A stretch of 64,000 nt of DNA, from IMG/VR virus record IMGVR_UViG_3300032799_000664, positions 1 to 64,000 of that record; one strand, given 5' to 3'. Shown one piece after another: positions 9,318-17,708 of this stretch; position 1 is the first letter of the stretch; every line of letters begins with the position of its first letter. The stretch is from a virus. The notes below the pieces were generated by a model. The model was given only the letters and a program-made list of their open reading frames with translations, had not been told where the DNA came from and ran no database searches. Position numbers and translations under genes: made by a program.

Positions 9318-9657
9318 AGAGATCCTCGACGTCGGTATCGTCCCAGACGTGTCGGTCGTTTTCGTCGATGCGGTTCCCCAGCGAGACGATGCAGTGGGGG
9401 CACCAGCGAAACTCAGCAACCGGGGCACGGCGTCCGTGGGGACAGTGCAGCAGCACCGCGTGTCCGCGAATGGTCTCGGGCACCAGCTCACCGATGGCCG
9501 CGAGCGTCAAGCCGCTCAGGTCACGTACCCGCCACTCGTTGAAGTGAAACGTCGAGATGCTGAGGATCAGCATGGTGCGCCCACAGAGTCCCTTGCAACG
9601 CCGGCGTGGCTGGCCGCGGAGGCAGAGCAGCGAGTAGGGGCACTCGGCGCAGGTCAT
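9307..9657 (-). CDS. 8-Cys scaffold family member 7
   Basis: MTCAECPYSLLCLRG...CKGLC...C...CPHC. Confidence 0.8.
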   Translation of the reverse strand: MTCAECPYSLLCLRGQPRRRCKGLCGRTMLILSISTFHFNEWRVRDLSGLTLAAIGELVPETIRGHAVLLHCPHGRRAPVAEFRWCPHCIVSLGNRIDENDRHVWDDTDVEDLCDV

Positions 9658-9935
9658 TCTGTAGTAGCCTCGCTTGCTAGTCGTCGCTTCTGGAAGCACT
9701 CCGAACAGACCCCGTGGAAACGATCACCAGAGCAGTTCGCCCGCAATTGCTCCAGCCGCTCGCAGTAGAACCACGTCACCCAGACCCGCAGAGTGTCAGG
9801 CAGAGGCGGAATGCCGTGTCCTTCGAGGTAGTGCTGTACCTGGCCGCAGGAGAGGCACACGGCCCGATTCTCGTCGTCCAGCTGTAGTTGCCCGCTGAAG
9901 CACAGCAACGAAGCCGGGCACTGCTCGCAGGTCAT
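9654..9935 (-). CDS. 8-Cys scaffold family member 8
   Basis: MTCEQCPASLLCFSG...CLSC...C...CSEC. Confidence 0.8.
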   Translation of the reverse strand: MTCEQCPASLLCFSGQLQLDDENRAVCLSCGQVQHYLEGHGIPPLPDTLRVWVTWFYCERLEQLRANCSGDRFHGVCSECFQKRRLASEATTE

Positions 9936-10252
9936 GCCTTGCCGACGGGTTTGTACAGCTGATCGAACGACACGGTATTGCCGAGCTTCTTGGCGATCTC
10001 GACGGCTTCTTCGGCCACCGTCTTCAGGCGCTCTTCGCGCGCTTTGCTCTCCTCGAGCAGCTTCTTGTAGCTTTCGATGATGTGGTTCGCGGTTTCGGCG
10101 AGATCCTTGGCCTGGTTGAAGTCCGCCGTTTGCCCCTGGATGACGCTGATGAGCGTCTCGAGATCATCCGGGCTGAGCACGATCGGCAGTTGCAGGCCAC
10201 GTGCTTCACCGATACGCCGAAAGAGATCGACGATCTTCGGATTGACGATCAC
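9932..10252 (-). CDS. coiled-coil hypothetical protein
   Basis: Heptad-like E/K-rich segment; GTGA/ATGA coupling. Confidence 0.7.
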   Translation of the reverse strand: MIVNPKIVDLFRRIGEARGLQLPIVLSPDDLETLISVIQGQTADFNQAKDLAETANHIIESYKKLLEESKAREERLKTVAEEAVEIAKKLGNTVSFDQLYKPVGKA

Positions 10253-10488
10253 GGCTCGACTCCATCCTTGGTCAGCATCACTGCGAGCGGCTCACGCACG
10301 GCGCCCATGGCGGCACAGGCCGAAATGCCGCCCAGGTACTCGGCGCTGATCTGCAACTCCCGGAGGAGCTGAAAGAACGTCTTCAGCGCGACCTCACGGG
10401 TCCGTGCCCGGAGTCCGCGCCGGGCGACCACGATGAGGTCTTCCATTTCGGCACGGAACGTCCCGGGGTCGAACTTCTGGTGGGCCAT
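10249..10488 (-). CDS. hypothetical protein
   Basis: GAGGAG RBS before MAHQKFDP. Confidence 0.6.
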   Translation of the reverse strand: MAHQKFDPGTFRAEMEDLIVVARRGLRARTREVALKTFFQLLRELQISAEYLGGISACAAMGAVREPLAVMLTKDGVEP

Positions 10489-10499
10489 CGTGTGCTCCT

Positions 10500-10733
10500 C
10501 TACGACGCGAAGACGTGCCCGGTCCAGGTGAACTGGGGGCAGTCGCACATCGTGGTGGCGTCCGCGGCGATGGCCATGGCGCACGAGCCGTGGCCGTAGG
10601 CCAGGGTGTCGTAGTGCTCCGAACGCAGATGGCCACAGGTGCACTTCTCGTCGATTGACACCTCTTCGTGGCCCCCGACGCGTGCCTTGAGCGTCATGGG
10701 GAACGGGGAGTCTTGCAGGTGCTGCAGCGGCAT
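10500..10733 (-). CDS. small Cys/His Zn-binding hypothetical protein
   Basis: CTCGHLRSEH...C...CDCPQF; AGGAGG RBS. Confidence 0.65.
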   Translation of the reverse strand: MPLQHLQDSPFPMTLKARVGGHEEVSIDEKCTCGHLRSEHYDTLAYGHGSCAMAIAADATTMCDCPQFTWTGHVFAS

Positions 10734-10743
10734 GGGAGGCCTC

Positions 10744-11034
10744 CTAGGCGCTGTGCAGATCGTGGTCATCCAGGTCGAAGTACACCGTCTTGATGATGGG
10801 CACACCGCTGCGCAGGGTCTGCCGGGCACCGGACTTGCAGACAGCGCAGTGCCGAATATCTCGCGGCGAGAGGTGTGCCAATGCACTATCCAGTTGCCGC
10901 ACATTGTCGCAGATGAAGACGTTCGGTCCTGGCAGCCAGACCCGACCACAGTGGAGGCACAGCTTCACCTGCTCAGAGGCGTCGATATGACTCATGAGGC
11001 AGGTCAGCGACAGTGGGCAACGGTCACAGGTCAT
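10744..11034 (-). CDS. 8-Cys scaffold family member 9
   Basis: MTCDRCPLSLTCLM...CLHC...C...CAVC. Confidence 0.8.
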   Translation of the reverse strand: MTCDRCPLSLTCLMSHIDASEQVKLCLHCGRVWLPGPNVFICDNVRQLDSALAHLSPRDIRHCAVCKSGARQTLRSGVPIIKTVYFDLDDHDLHSA

Positions 11035-11468
11035 AGGTGCTTGTACGTCCTCCCCGGGTGGTCGTGCTTCTTGGCTACGCGACGCGATGGCTGATACCCC
11101 CGTTGAGTATCTCGTGCTAGGTCTTTCAAGCGCTGCTTCTCTGTCTTCTCGGCTTCCCGCTCATGGCGCTGGTGCGTCGCCTGGCGCGCTAGCCGACTGC
11201 GCCACTTCTTGTGCCGCTGACTGTTGGTACAATCTCGGTTACGGACGACCATCAAACGACCGGGCCGTTCATCCCAGTGCAGCGGGTCGCATTCGACGCA
11301 GACTCCCGAGCACCCGCACGGCCGCTGTTTCTCGGGGCAGCGCCAGAAGTACCAGCGTCCGTAATCAGGCAGCATGACGCCGGTCTTGCACCTCTGGCAC
11401 GCGTAGATCTGACCGTCGAGTTCGCCAGCGAAGCAGACAAACGAGAGCGGGCACTGATCACAGGTCAT
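11031..11468 (-). CDS. 8-Cys scaffold family member 10 with basic C-terminal extension
   Basis: MTCDQCPLSFVCFAG...CQRC...C...CVEC; start at ATG 11468. Confidence 0.8.
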   Translation of the reverse strand: MTCDQCPLSFVCFAGELDGQIYACQRCKTGVMLPDYGRWYFWRCPEKQRPCGCSGVCVECDPLHWDERPGRLMVVRNRDCTNSQRHKKWRSRLARQATHQRHEREAEKTEKQRLKDLARDTQRGYQPSRRVAKKHDHPGRTYKHL

Positions 11469-11752
11469 TTCGTGTAGTCCGTGAACTTCACGCGGCGGTT
11501 GTTCGAGTTGCGCCACTCCTCGGGTTTGCAGTGAGGACAGCCCGCCGAATGGCGCCGACGCCCACATTGCCGGGGCGTCGGACACCAGACGACGTGAATC
11601 AGCGGACGTAGGTCGAAGTCCTCTTCCGCTTCGTACTTCTCATACGTCGGAAAATACTCGATGAACGACAAGCGGCCACACGAGCACTCGTAGGCGTGAA
11701 AAGTACCCGCCCCGAAGCAGATAAGTGCGACGGGGCAGGTCTCGCAGCTCAC
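11465..11752 (-). CDS. 8-Cys scaffold family member 11
   Basis: (GTG)SCETCPVALICFG...CSC...C...CPHC; AAGGAG RBS. Confidence 0.75.
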   Translation of the reverse strand: MSCETCPVALICFGAGTFHAYECSCGRLSFIEYFPTYEKYEAEEDFDLRPLIHVVWCPTPRQCGRRRHSAGCPHCKPEEWRNSNNRRVKFTDYTK

Positions 11753-11759
11753 GTGTTGG

Positions 11760-12434
11760 CTACTCCTTGGTGAGGACTTCGATCTTGCCGACGAGGATCT
11801 CGACGCTCGCCGCCACGAACGGTTCCTCGTTCTTCTTCTGCATCTCCTGCAGCACTGCGGGCCAGTTGTCGATGATGAGCTGGTAGGTCGGCGTGGTGCC
11901 GTGGCGTTCCTTCTGGATGCGCATGAGGAGCTTCGTGACTAGCCCGCCGCACAGGTTGACGGTGAGGTCGGTCTCGCCGCGGCCGCGCTTCTCCTGCAAC
12001 GTGACCGAGAAGTCGGTGTCATCGTCGGTATTCGAATCGTCGATCAACGTGGTCAGGTCGCTGATCTTGGTGCTGCGCAACCCTTTGATGGCGCCCGGGT
12101 CGACCTTGAGCTTCTTGAGCCAGTCGACGAATTCCTTCTTGCCGTTGGTGGCGGCGGTGCACCAGTCGCCTCCACTGGACCACTTGCCGCTGCGACGGCC
12201 GTAGTGGTTCTCGCCCGGCATGTACTGCGGGTTGAGGGCACGCTGGAGCTCGATGCCCTCAGGGTACTCCACATCGGCGACCAGGTAGGTCATGCTGGTC
12301 GGCTCGAGCGCGGTGTACGCTCCGCCGGCGTACGATGCATTGCTGTCTCGGAAGATGCGCTTGATGCCGAGCTTCTGCAGCTCCTTGATGAAATCGGCGA
12401 GGCTCTGGAAGGTGATGCGGGTCACGGGGTTCAT
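11760..12434 (-). CDS. hypothetical protein (224 aa)
   Basis: AAAGGA RBS, strong GC3 bias. Confidence 0.8.
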   Translation of the reverse strand: MNPVTRITFQSLADFIKELQKLGIKRIFRDSNASYAGGAYTALEPTSMTYLVADVEYPEGIELQRALNPQYMPGENHYGRRSGKWSSGGDWCTAATNGKKEFVDWLKKLKVDPGAIKGLRSTKISDLTTLIDDSNTDDDTDFSVTLQEKRGRGETDLTVNLCGGLVTKLLMRIQKERHGTTPTYQLIIDNWPAVLQEMQKKNEEPFVAASVEILVGKIEVLTKE

Positions 12435-12503
12435 GCGGGGTCCTTTCGTGGTGCTGCGTTGATCTGCGTGATTCTCTTCTCGCTCCTGAGTTCGTTACGA
12501 GCA

Positions 12504-12836
12504 GGCGCCTCCGGCCTGACCTCGAGATGAGGCAGCCCACATCTCGAGGTTGGCCGGAGGTCGCCAGTGAGCCGACGAGGTGCGGCCCAGATGAGGCAGC
12601 CACCTCAGAATGAGGTGGCAGCCTCATCGGGTGAGCTTGTCCCACGGGGGCAAGCTCAAGCACCGTCGATTCCTCATCTGCGAGCGTGAGCCCGCCATAG
12701 CGACGTGACGTCGCCTGCGTGCGCACGCTGTGGGCACGCTCGAGCGAGTTCTTTACGGGGTAAAGCAGAGCCGCGACGCCCGTAGCCCATGCCCACCGCC
12801 CCTCTTCCGCCGCGGTGAGCATGGACTACGTCGTCG
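12504..12836. ncRNA. candidate structured RNA or leader
   Basis: Long hairpin 12504-12565, branched stems 12571-12670, further stems to 12836; 13-nt direct repeat AGATGAGGCAGCC; contains palindrome copy 12751-12765. Confidence 0.5.
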
Positions 12837-12843
12837 TCCGTCA

Positions 12844-13653
12844 CTATGGGAGCACTGCGCACTGCGCGCTGGTACACACCCGACCCGGGCTGGACCAGTA
12901 GTTGTAGGCCTGGCACTGGCACCAGGCTTTCTGCGTCAGGATGAGCGGGTGCTCGGAGCTATGACTGATCAGCATCGTGTTGCGGTAGTCGGCGCCGCTG
13001 GGCGGGAATACGCGACAGTTACAACTGACCATCAGGTCAGCGGCGTTGAGGCAGTACACTGTGAGGACGCCCGGACCGGCACCGCTGGCGGGAATGTCGA
13101 CGCAACCACTGCCCGGGGCACCGTAGATGTCGTCGCGCGAGAACCCCGGGCCAGTGAGACCGATGGGTCCTTGGGGACCCGTCGGTCCCAGCGGTCCCGT
13201 CGGTCCCTGTGATCCCTGGGCGCCGGTGACGCCGGTGGCACCGGTGGCGCCGGTGGCCCCGGTGGCCCCGGTGACGCCGGTGTCGCCCTTCGGCCCAGCG
13301 GCGCCGGTGAGACCGATGGGTCCCACGGGACCCATCGGTCCCTGTGATCCCGGGGCGCCGGTGGCACCCACGGTCCCGGCGGGTCCCTGCAACCCTTGGG
13401 CGCCGGTAGCGCCGGTGGCGCCGTTGAGACCGACAGGTCCTTGCGGACCTGCCGGTCCTGTTGCTCCCGTCGGACCGGGGTCACCGACGCAGACGCAGTC
13501 GGCGCCGTTGCAGGTGACGACGATGCCACCGTCGCGGGTGGAGTTGCCCGCGTCGGTATCGGTGGGGCCGCCGGCGGTTTCACTGCCGCAGTTGGCGAAG
13601 AGGATGACCGTGAGCAGCGTCATCCAGCACTGCAGGACGTAGTTGCTGCGCAT
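12844..13653 (-). CDS. collagen-like (Gly-X-Y) putative lipoprotein with Cys-rich C-terminal domain
   Basis: AAAGGAG RBS; hydrophobic signal ending FANC; long uninterrupted G-X-Y run; C-terminal domain with 8 Cys. Confidence 0.85.
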   Translation of the reverse strand: MRSNYVLQCWMTLLTVILFANCGSETAGGPTDTDAGNSTRDGGIVVTCNGADCVCVGDPGPTGATGPAGPQGPVGLNGATGATGAQGLQGPAGTVGATGAPGSQGPMGPVGPIGLTGAAGPKGDTGVTGATGATGATGATGVTGAQGSQGPTGPLGPTGPQGPIGLTGPGFSRDDIYGAPGSGCVDIPASGAGPGVLTVYCLNAADLMVSCNCRVFPPSGADYRNTMLISHSSEHPLILTQKAWCQCQAYNYWSSPGRVCTSAQCAVLP

Positions 13654-13667
13654 GTATAGTTCTCCTT

Positions 13668-13820
13668 TCAGCCAGTGCAGGTGAGACCGTGGCACGACGC
13701 CACAGTGATCGGTGAGGGCGGGATGACGATGATGACTTCGAGGGTGGGCTCGGCCGCCAGGCCAAAGAGCACGGCGGCCATGACCAGCGCCCACGCCAGC
13801 AGAATCGCGCGGAGGCGCAT
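13668..13820 (-). CDS. 50-aa membrane or secreted peptide (not in ORF track)
   Basis: [23 protein letters not shown]...; AGGAG RBS; TGATG overlap with the XRE gene. Confidence 0.55.
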   Translation of the reverse strand: MRLRAILLAWALVMAAVLFGLAAEPTLEVIIVIPPSPITVASCHGLTCTG

Positions 13821-14047
13821 CAGGTCGACTCCTGGAAGAGCTGCGCCAGCCCGACGCCGAGGGCCTGGCTGATCTTCAGCAGGTGGTGGATGCGGAGGCT
13901 CGGATCACCGCGCTCCGCCTGGCGCACGGCGCCACAAGGGACCTTGGCGAGCCGTGCCAGCTGCGTCTGATCGAGGCCGCGGAGCTGACGCACACCAGCG
14001 ACATTGTCAGCGACGATGCGCAGCAGCGACGTCTGACGATTACGCAT
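13820..14047 (-). CDS. XRE-family HTH regulator
   Basis: [18 protein letters not shown]...QAERG...[16 protein letters not shown]. Confidence 0.85.
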   Translation of the reverse strand: MRNRQTSLLRIVADNVAGVRQLRGLDQTQLARLAKVPCGAVRQAERGDPSLRIHHLLKISQALGVGLAQLFQEST

Positions 14048-14120
14048 GGACTACTCCTTTCCTGTGGCGCGGGTGGGGAGAGAGGGCCGCGTCACACTTC
14101 CTGATACCGGAAAGGAGGAG

Positions 14121-14499
14121 CTAGTTGCGGTCGCGCTGGCGGGGGCTGCCCAGCGGCTGCATGACCTGCCGCAGGTACGGCAACTCGATCTCGTCGAGGG
14201 CATGGGCGAAGATGCCGGTCACCACTTCACGGGGGATGTGGTCGCTCTGCGCGATGCCCAGCGCCAGGTTGACCAACGCCTTGGTGACAAGGTAGCCCAT
14301 CCAGTGGCTGCGCTTTACCCCGGCGCGCCGCAGCCGATTCGTGACGCCATCGGCCAGGAGCGCCAGCAAAGCGTTGCCGCCGCTATTGACGATTTCAGCT
14401 TCGAGTCCGCTGGGCGCCACCAGTTGGGCCGGGGCATCCGGCGCCGGGAGGTGCCAGCACAGGGCTAAGGCTTCGAGTTTCTCGGCGAGCCCGGCGAAG
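14121..14499 (-). CDS. hypothetical protein, start uncertain
   Basis: Protein-like reading frame; the coupled ATG at 14503 is in another frame. Confidence 0.4.
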
Positions 14500-14844
14500 T
14501 CATAGGCCCGGTTCGAGGTCGCAGTCGATGATGCGCCAGCGCCGGCGCGCTTTCTGGGTGCCGTCGTCCCACTGCCACGACCAGTAGAGCGGCGAACACC
14601 GCGGGCACGAGTTGCGGGTTGCGCCGATTTGTGCCCGCGCGATGATGAGCTCCGTGTGGGGGTCTTCGTCCGCGAAGTCTTCCGGCCACCTCTTGTCGCC
14701 ATGGGGGTATCCTATCAGGTGCAGGTCCACGGAGTACACGAACAGCCGCTGACAGTTGCGGCAGCGCGTCAGCGGCAGATACTCGCCGAGGCACAGTAGC
14801 GACAGGGGACAGCGCGCACACTGGTTCGAGTTAGTGGATGACAC
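14500..14844 (-). CDS. 8-Cys scaffold family member 12 (lacks the single middle Cys)
   Basis: (GTG)SSTNSNQCARCPLSLLCLG...CRNC...CPRC; GGGAG RBS. Confidence 0.7.
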   Translation of the reverse strand: MSSTNSNQCARCPLSLLCLGEYLPLTRCRNCQRLFVYSVDLHLIGYPHGDKRWPEDFADEDPHTELIIARAQIGATRNSCPRCSPLYWSWQWDDGTQKARRRWRIIDCDLEPGL

Positions 14845-15055
14845 GCCAGATAGCTCCCCACGGTGGTGCCCAGCAACAGGGACCACGAACTTTTGCTAGT
14901 AGCTCGCCGGTGTGACGATCACAGGTCTCGAGCAACAATACGACGTTGTTCACGGTATCGATTGCGAGGGGCCGATCACACTCCATGCAACTCGCGAATA
15001 GCCAAGCACCGCCAAGGCACAGCAATGAATGCGGGCAGGCACCGCAGTCGTTCAT
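14831..15055 (-). CDS. 8-Cys scaffold family member 13
   Basis: MNDCGACPHSLLCLGG...CMEC...C...CC. Confidence 0.7.
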   Translation of the reverse strand: MNDCGACPHSLLCLGGAWLFASCMECDRPLAIDTVNNVVLLLETCDRHTGELLAKVRGPCCWAPPWGAIWRVIH

Positions 15056-15471
15056 GGGGCCTCCGCTGGTCGAGGCAAGTAGAACCCCGCCGGAGCTTCG
15101 TCGCAGTCGCGGTACAGCCACCAGCGCTCGCGCTTGCACCACTTGGCATGCGAGAAGATCAAGACGTTGCCGTCTCGACCATGGTGATAGTGGTCGACGC
15201 TGCGAGCGCATCCGGCCACGTTCCCATGCCCGATGGGATCACAGCGGATGCAGCCGCCGAAGTCCAGGTCGCTGATGTCCTTCACCGTCTTATCGGAGTG
15301 CATGAGACGGTATTGGGTGCAGCGCACGGTCACGATGACTCGCTCGTGCATGTTCGGAAACCCGTGGTAGTTGTTGATGCCGCAGACCAGGCCTTTGCAG
15401 CGGGTGCAGTACCGCACGTCGAGCGTGTCGGCGAAGCACAGCAGGGCGACTGGGCACTTCTCGCAGATCAT
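15052..15471 (-). CDS. 8-Cys scaffold family member 14
   Basis: MICEKCPVALLCFA...CTRC...C...CIRC. Confidence 0.8.
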   Translation of the reverse strand: MICEKCPVALLCFADTLDVRYCTRCKGLVCGINNYHGFPNMHERVIVTVRCTQYRLMHSDKTVKDISDLDFGGCIRCDPIGHGNVAGCARSVDHYHHGRDGNVLIFSHAKWCKRERWWLYRDCDEAPAGFYLPRPAEAP

Positions 15472-15662
15472 GGTCCGCCGCAGCGAATGCCGCCGATGCC
15501 GGGCTCCGGCCGGCGGCCCCGGAAGCTGCCGGCGCGCACCGTGACTTCACGCTGGCAGGTGGGGCACTGGTAGACGTACACGGTGTACCACGGTGGCTGG
15601 AAGCCCCGCCGCTTCTCGGAACGGACGGGTCGTCGCAGGTCGATGACCGCTTCGCAGGGCAT
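15468..15662 (-). CDS. small Zn-ribbon protein
   Basis: CPTC motif; coupled at both ends. Confidence 0.55.
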   Translation of the reverse strand: MPCEAVIDLRRPVRSEKRRGFQPPWYTVYVYQCPTCQREVTVRAGSFRGRRPEPGIGGIRCGGP

Positions 15663-15943
15663 CAGCGGTCCTCTTCGTCGGGCTCGCGATCGAAGAACGT
15701 CCCGTCGTTGCTGATCTTGATGAGCGCCCGCCGCACGCAGCGTGGATCGACGGTTTGCTGTTGGATGATCGCGGCTTCGCCGATGGAATCACCATCGGTG
15801 CAGTCAGCGATGACGTCGGCCAGGTCAGCGTGGCCGGAGATCTGGCGATTGCTGTAGGCGGTGAATGTGTAGACCGTCTTCCAGATCGGTAGGCGCAGCG
15901 TATCCTGGGCGCGTAGTCGCTTCCGCTTCTTGGGCTTCGTCAC
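15662..15943 (-). CDS. hypothetical protein
   Basis: ORF in the coupled chain. Confidence 0.6.
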   Translation of the reverse strand: MTKPKKRKRLRAQDTLRLPIWKTVYTFTAYSNRQISGHADLADVIADCTDGDSIGEAAIIQQQTVDPRCVRRALIKISNDGTFFDREPDEEDR

Positions 15944-16251
15944 AGTAGGTCCGCTTTCTCGAGGCGCTGGCGGGCTTTGTCCGCGTCGTCGTGGCAGTAC
16001 TGCTTGACGCTCTCGATGAGGTCGTCGTCATCAGGGCACTCCGGGTCGAAGATGACGTTGGGATCCATGAAAATGTACTCCCCGGAGGGGAACTTCAGCT
16101 CGATGTAGAGAAAGACCATCTCGAAGACGTCGTGCGAGTCGAGCCAGGCCTTGTGGATGACCCCCTGCGGCAGGTCGAAATGCTTGACGACGTCGTCGGC
16201 GAACTCGGCGATGAATCGTTCGCAGCGGTTGCCGCGAGAGATGCTACCCAT
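15940..16251 (-). CDS. acidic hypothetical protein
   Basis: AAGGAG RBS; coupled. Confidence 0.65.
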   Translation of the reverse strand: MGSISRGNRCERFIAEFADDVVKHFDLPQGVIHKAWLDSHDVFEMVFLYIELKFPSGEYIFMDPNVIFDPECPDDDDLIESVKQYCHDDADKARQRLEKADLL

Positions 16252-16424
16252 TAGAGCTCCTTTTCGATGCTTCGGTCTTCGATGCCCTCATCGCGTATGA
16301 ACTCTTCCTGCTCGGTTTCGCCGTTGTAGGCTTTTTCGCGCGCCTCTTTCAGCGAATCAGCTTTGACGGTGTAGATCTCCGTGCGGACCATGTGTGTGAT
16401 CATCTTGAACTTGAAGATCGGCAT
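16251..16424 (-). CDS. small hypothetical protein
   Basis: GGAGG RBS before MPIFKFK. Confidence 0.55.
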   Translation of the reverse strand: MPIFKFKMITHMVRTEIYTVKADSLKEAREKAYNGETEQEEFIRDEGIEDRSIEKEL

Positions 16425-16767
16425 GCAGCCTCCGTAAACGCCGGCAGTAGTCGTTGCCGGGCTTGAAGACGCGGCAGGCCCGCGGCCGCGCCGGATAGAC
16501 TCGGCAGCGACCTCCGGGCATGAGGAACGGACATGCGATGCGGCTGATCTGGATGAACGTCCGCAGTCCGTCCTGTCCCCGACCATCGATGGTCCGTGTG
16601 AGCAGGTCGAAAGAAGTCTCGTGCTCGAGGTAGCGGTGATCGAACGTACGCATCGACAACTTGAGGAACTTGGCGAGCCGAGAGGCATCCCCAGGCTCGA
16701 GGACGATGGCGTCGAAAGCCTTGCAGCACAGTCCCGGACAGTCCTGACAGCGAATGGCGCGCGTCAT
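16357..16767 (-). CDS. YkgJ / CxxCxxCC zinc- or iron-chelating family protein
   Basis: CQDCPGLCC...CPFL...CRVYPARPRACRVF signature. Confidence 0.85.
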   Translation of the reverse strand: MTRAIRCQDCPGLCCKAFDAIVLEPGDASRLAKFLKLSMRTFDHRYLEHETSFDLLTRTIDGRGQDGLRTFIQISRIACPFLMPGGRCRVYPARPRACRVFKPGNDYCRRLRRLHADLQVQDDHTHGPHGDLHRQS

Positions 16768-17120
16768 TGCCGCGGGCGGAGGCCGTAGTTGCAGAGCAGC
16801 TGCACGACCTCATCGAGCGTATCCATACTCCAGTCCTTGTCCTCCGGCACGTAGAGGATGTCGTAGAGATCGGAGGTCAGCGCGCGGAGCTGCGGCGCCG
16901 AGAGTCCTTGGATGTGCTCATGAACCAGAATCCGCGTGTGGTCCGCCGACTGCCAGGTCTGTTCGATGAGAACGTCGCTGCTGCCGCAGCTCATGCAGAA
17001 GTCGCGATCGGAGGAATAGTAGCCACTGTCGGGCGTCCCCACGACCGGCATCAGCTCATAAACGTGGCCGCAGGCCCCGCAGGTGACTTTGACGACATGC
17101 GGATCAGCGCCGTCGGGCAT
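16764..17120 (-). CDS. Zn-ribbon hypothetical protein
   Basis: CGAC...CMSC; AAAGGA before MPDGADPH. Confidence 0.6.
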   Translation of the reverse strand: MPDGADPHVVKVTCGACGHVYELMPVVGTPDSGYYSSDRDFCMSCGSSDVLIEQTWQSADHTRILVHEHIQGLSAPQLRALTSDLYDILYVPEDKDWSMDTLDEVVQLLCNYGLRPRQ

Positions 17121-17439
17121 GTCCTTTGGGCGCAGGGTCAGGTCGCTGGGCGGGGTTGGTGTGGAGCTCCCGCCGGAGGTCTTTGAAGATCTTCTCGAAC
17201 TGCGGCCCGTTGTACCCTTTGAAGAGATACTCGAGCTGCGCTTCGGGACCCGCGATGTTGACATTCTCGATCTCCACTTCGGCTCGTTCCTGCACCAGGG
17301 GCGCGAGGTACTCAGTCAGCCACTCCTCGGCGTCGTCGGGATCGAATGCCTCGTGCACGCACTTGAGGATGTCGTGCCGCAGATCTTCGATTTGAAGAAA
17401 CGTCAGTGGCTTGCGCCGTTTGCGTCGCTTGGTCTTCAT
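17104..17439 (-). CDS. hypothetical protein
   Basis: ATGA-coupled ORF. Confidence 0.6.
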   Translation of the reverse strand: MKTKRRKRRKPLTFLQIEDLRHDILKCVHEAFDPDDAEEWLTEYLAPLVQERAEVEIENVNIAGPEAQLEYLFKGYNGPQFEKIFKDLRRELHTNPAQRPDPAPKGHARRR

Positions 17440-17708
17440 CGTGGCACCAGTTGAACGCTGAACTTCTCGCTCAGCCCATCAGCGTGATTGAAGGCACAGT
17501 AGCCCTTCCCGTCGAGAAAGAGGCGATGTTCGATGTCGCCGTGGTGTTGCAGCATGTAAGCGATGTCCTCCTTGCCGTACTGTTCTTCGAGCTCAGAGCG
17601 GGCGTAGGCGATCGCCTGGTCGGGCGTCCAGTCTTCGGGCACCGGATGGACGAGGACGTCGGTGCCCGCGGAGTGCTCGAAGAGGAGAATGGCGAGCTTC
17701 ATCTTCAT
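17436..17708 (-). CDS. hypothetical protein
   Basis: MKMKLAILL start, ATGA-coupled. Confidence 0.6.
   Translation of the reverse strand: MKMKLAILLFEHSAGTDVLVHPVPEDWTPDQAIAYARSELEEQYGKEDIAYMLQHHGDIEHRLFLDGKGYCAFNHADGLSEKFSVQLVPR

Noticed and set aside
16357-16767. Member of the 8-Cys paralogue family
   Set aside because: The pattern CxxCxxxCC...CPFL...CxxYxxRPxxC is the known YkgJ type.
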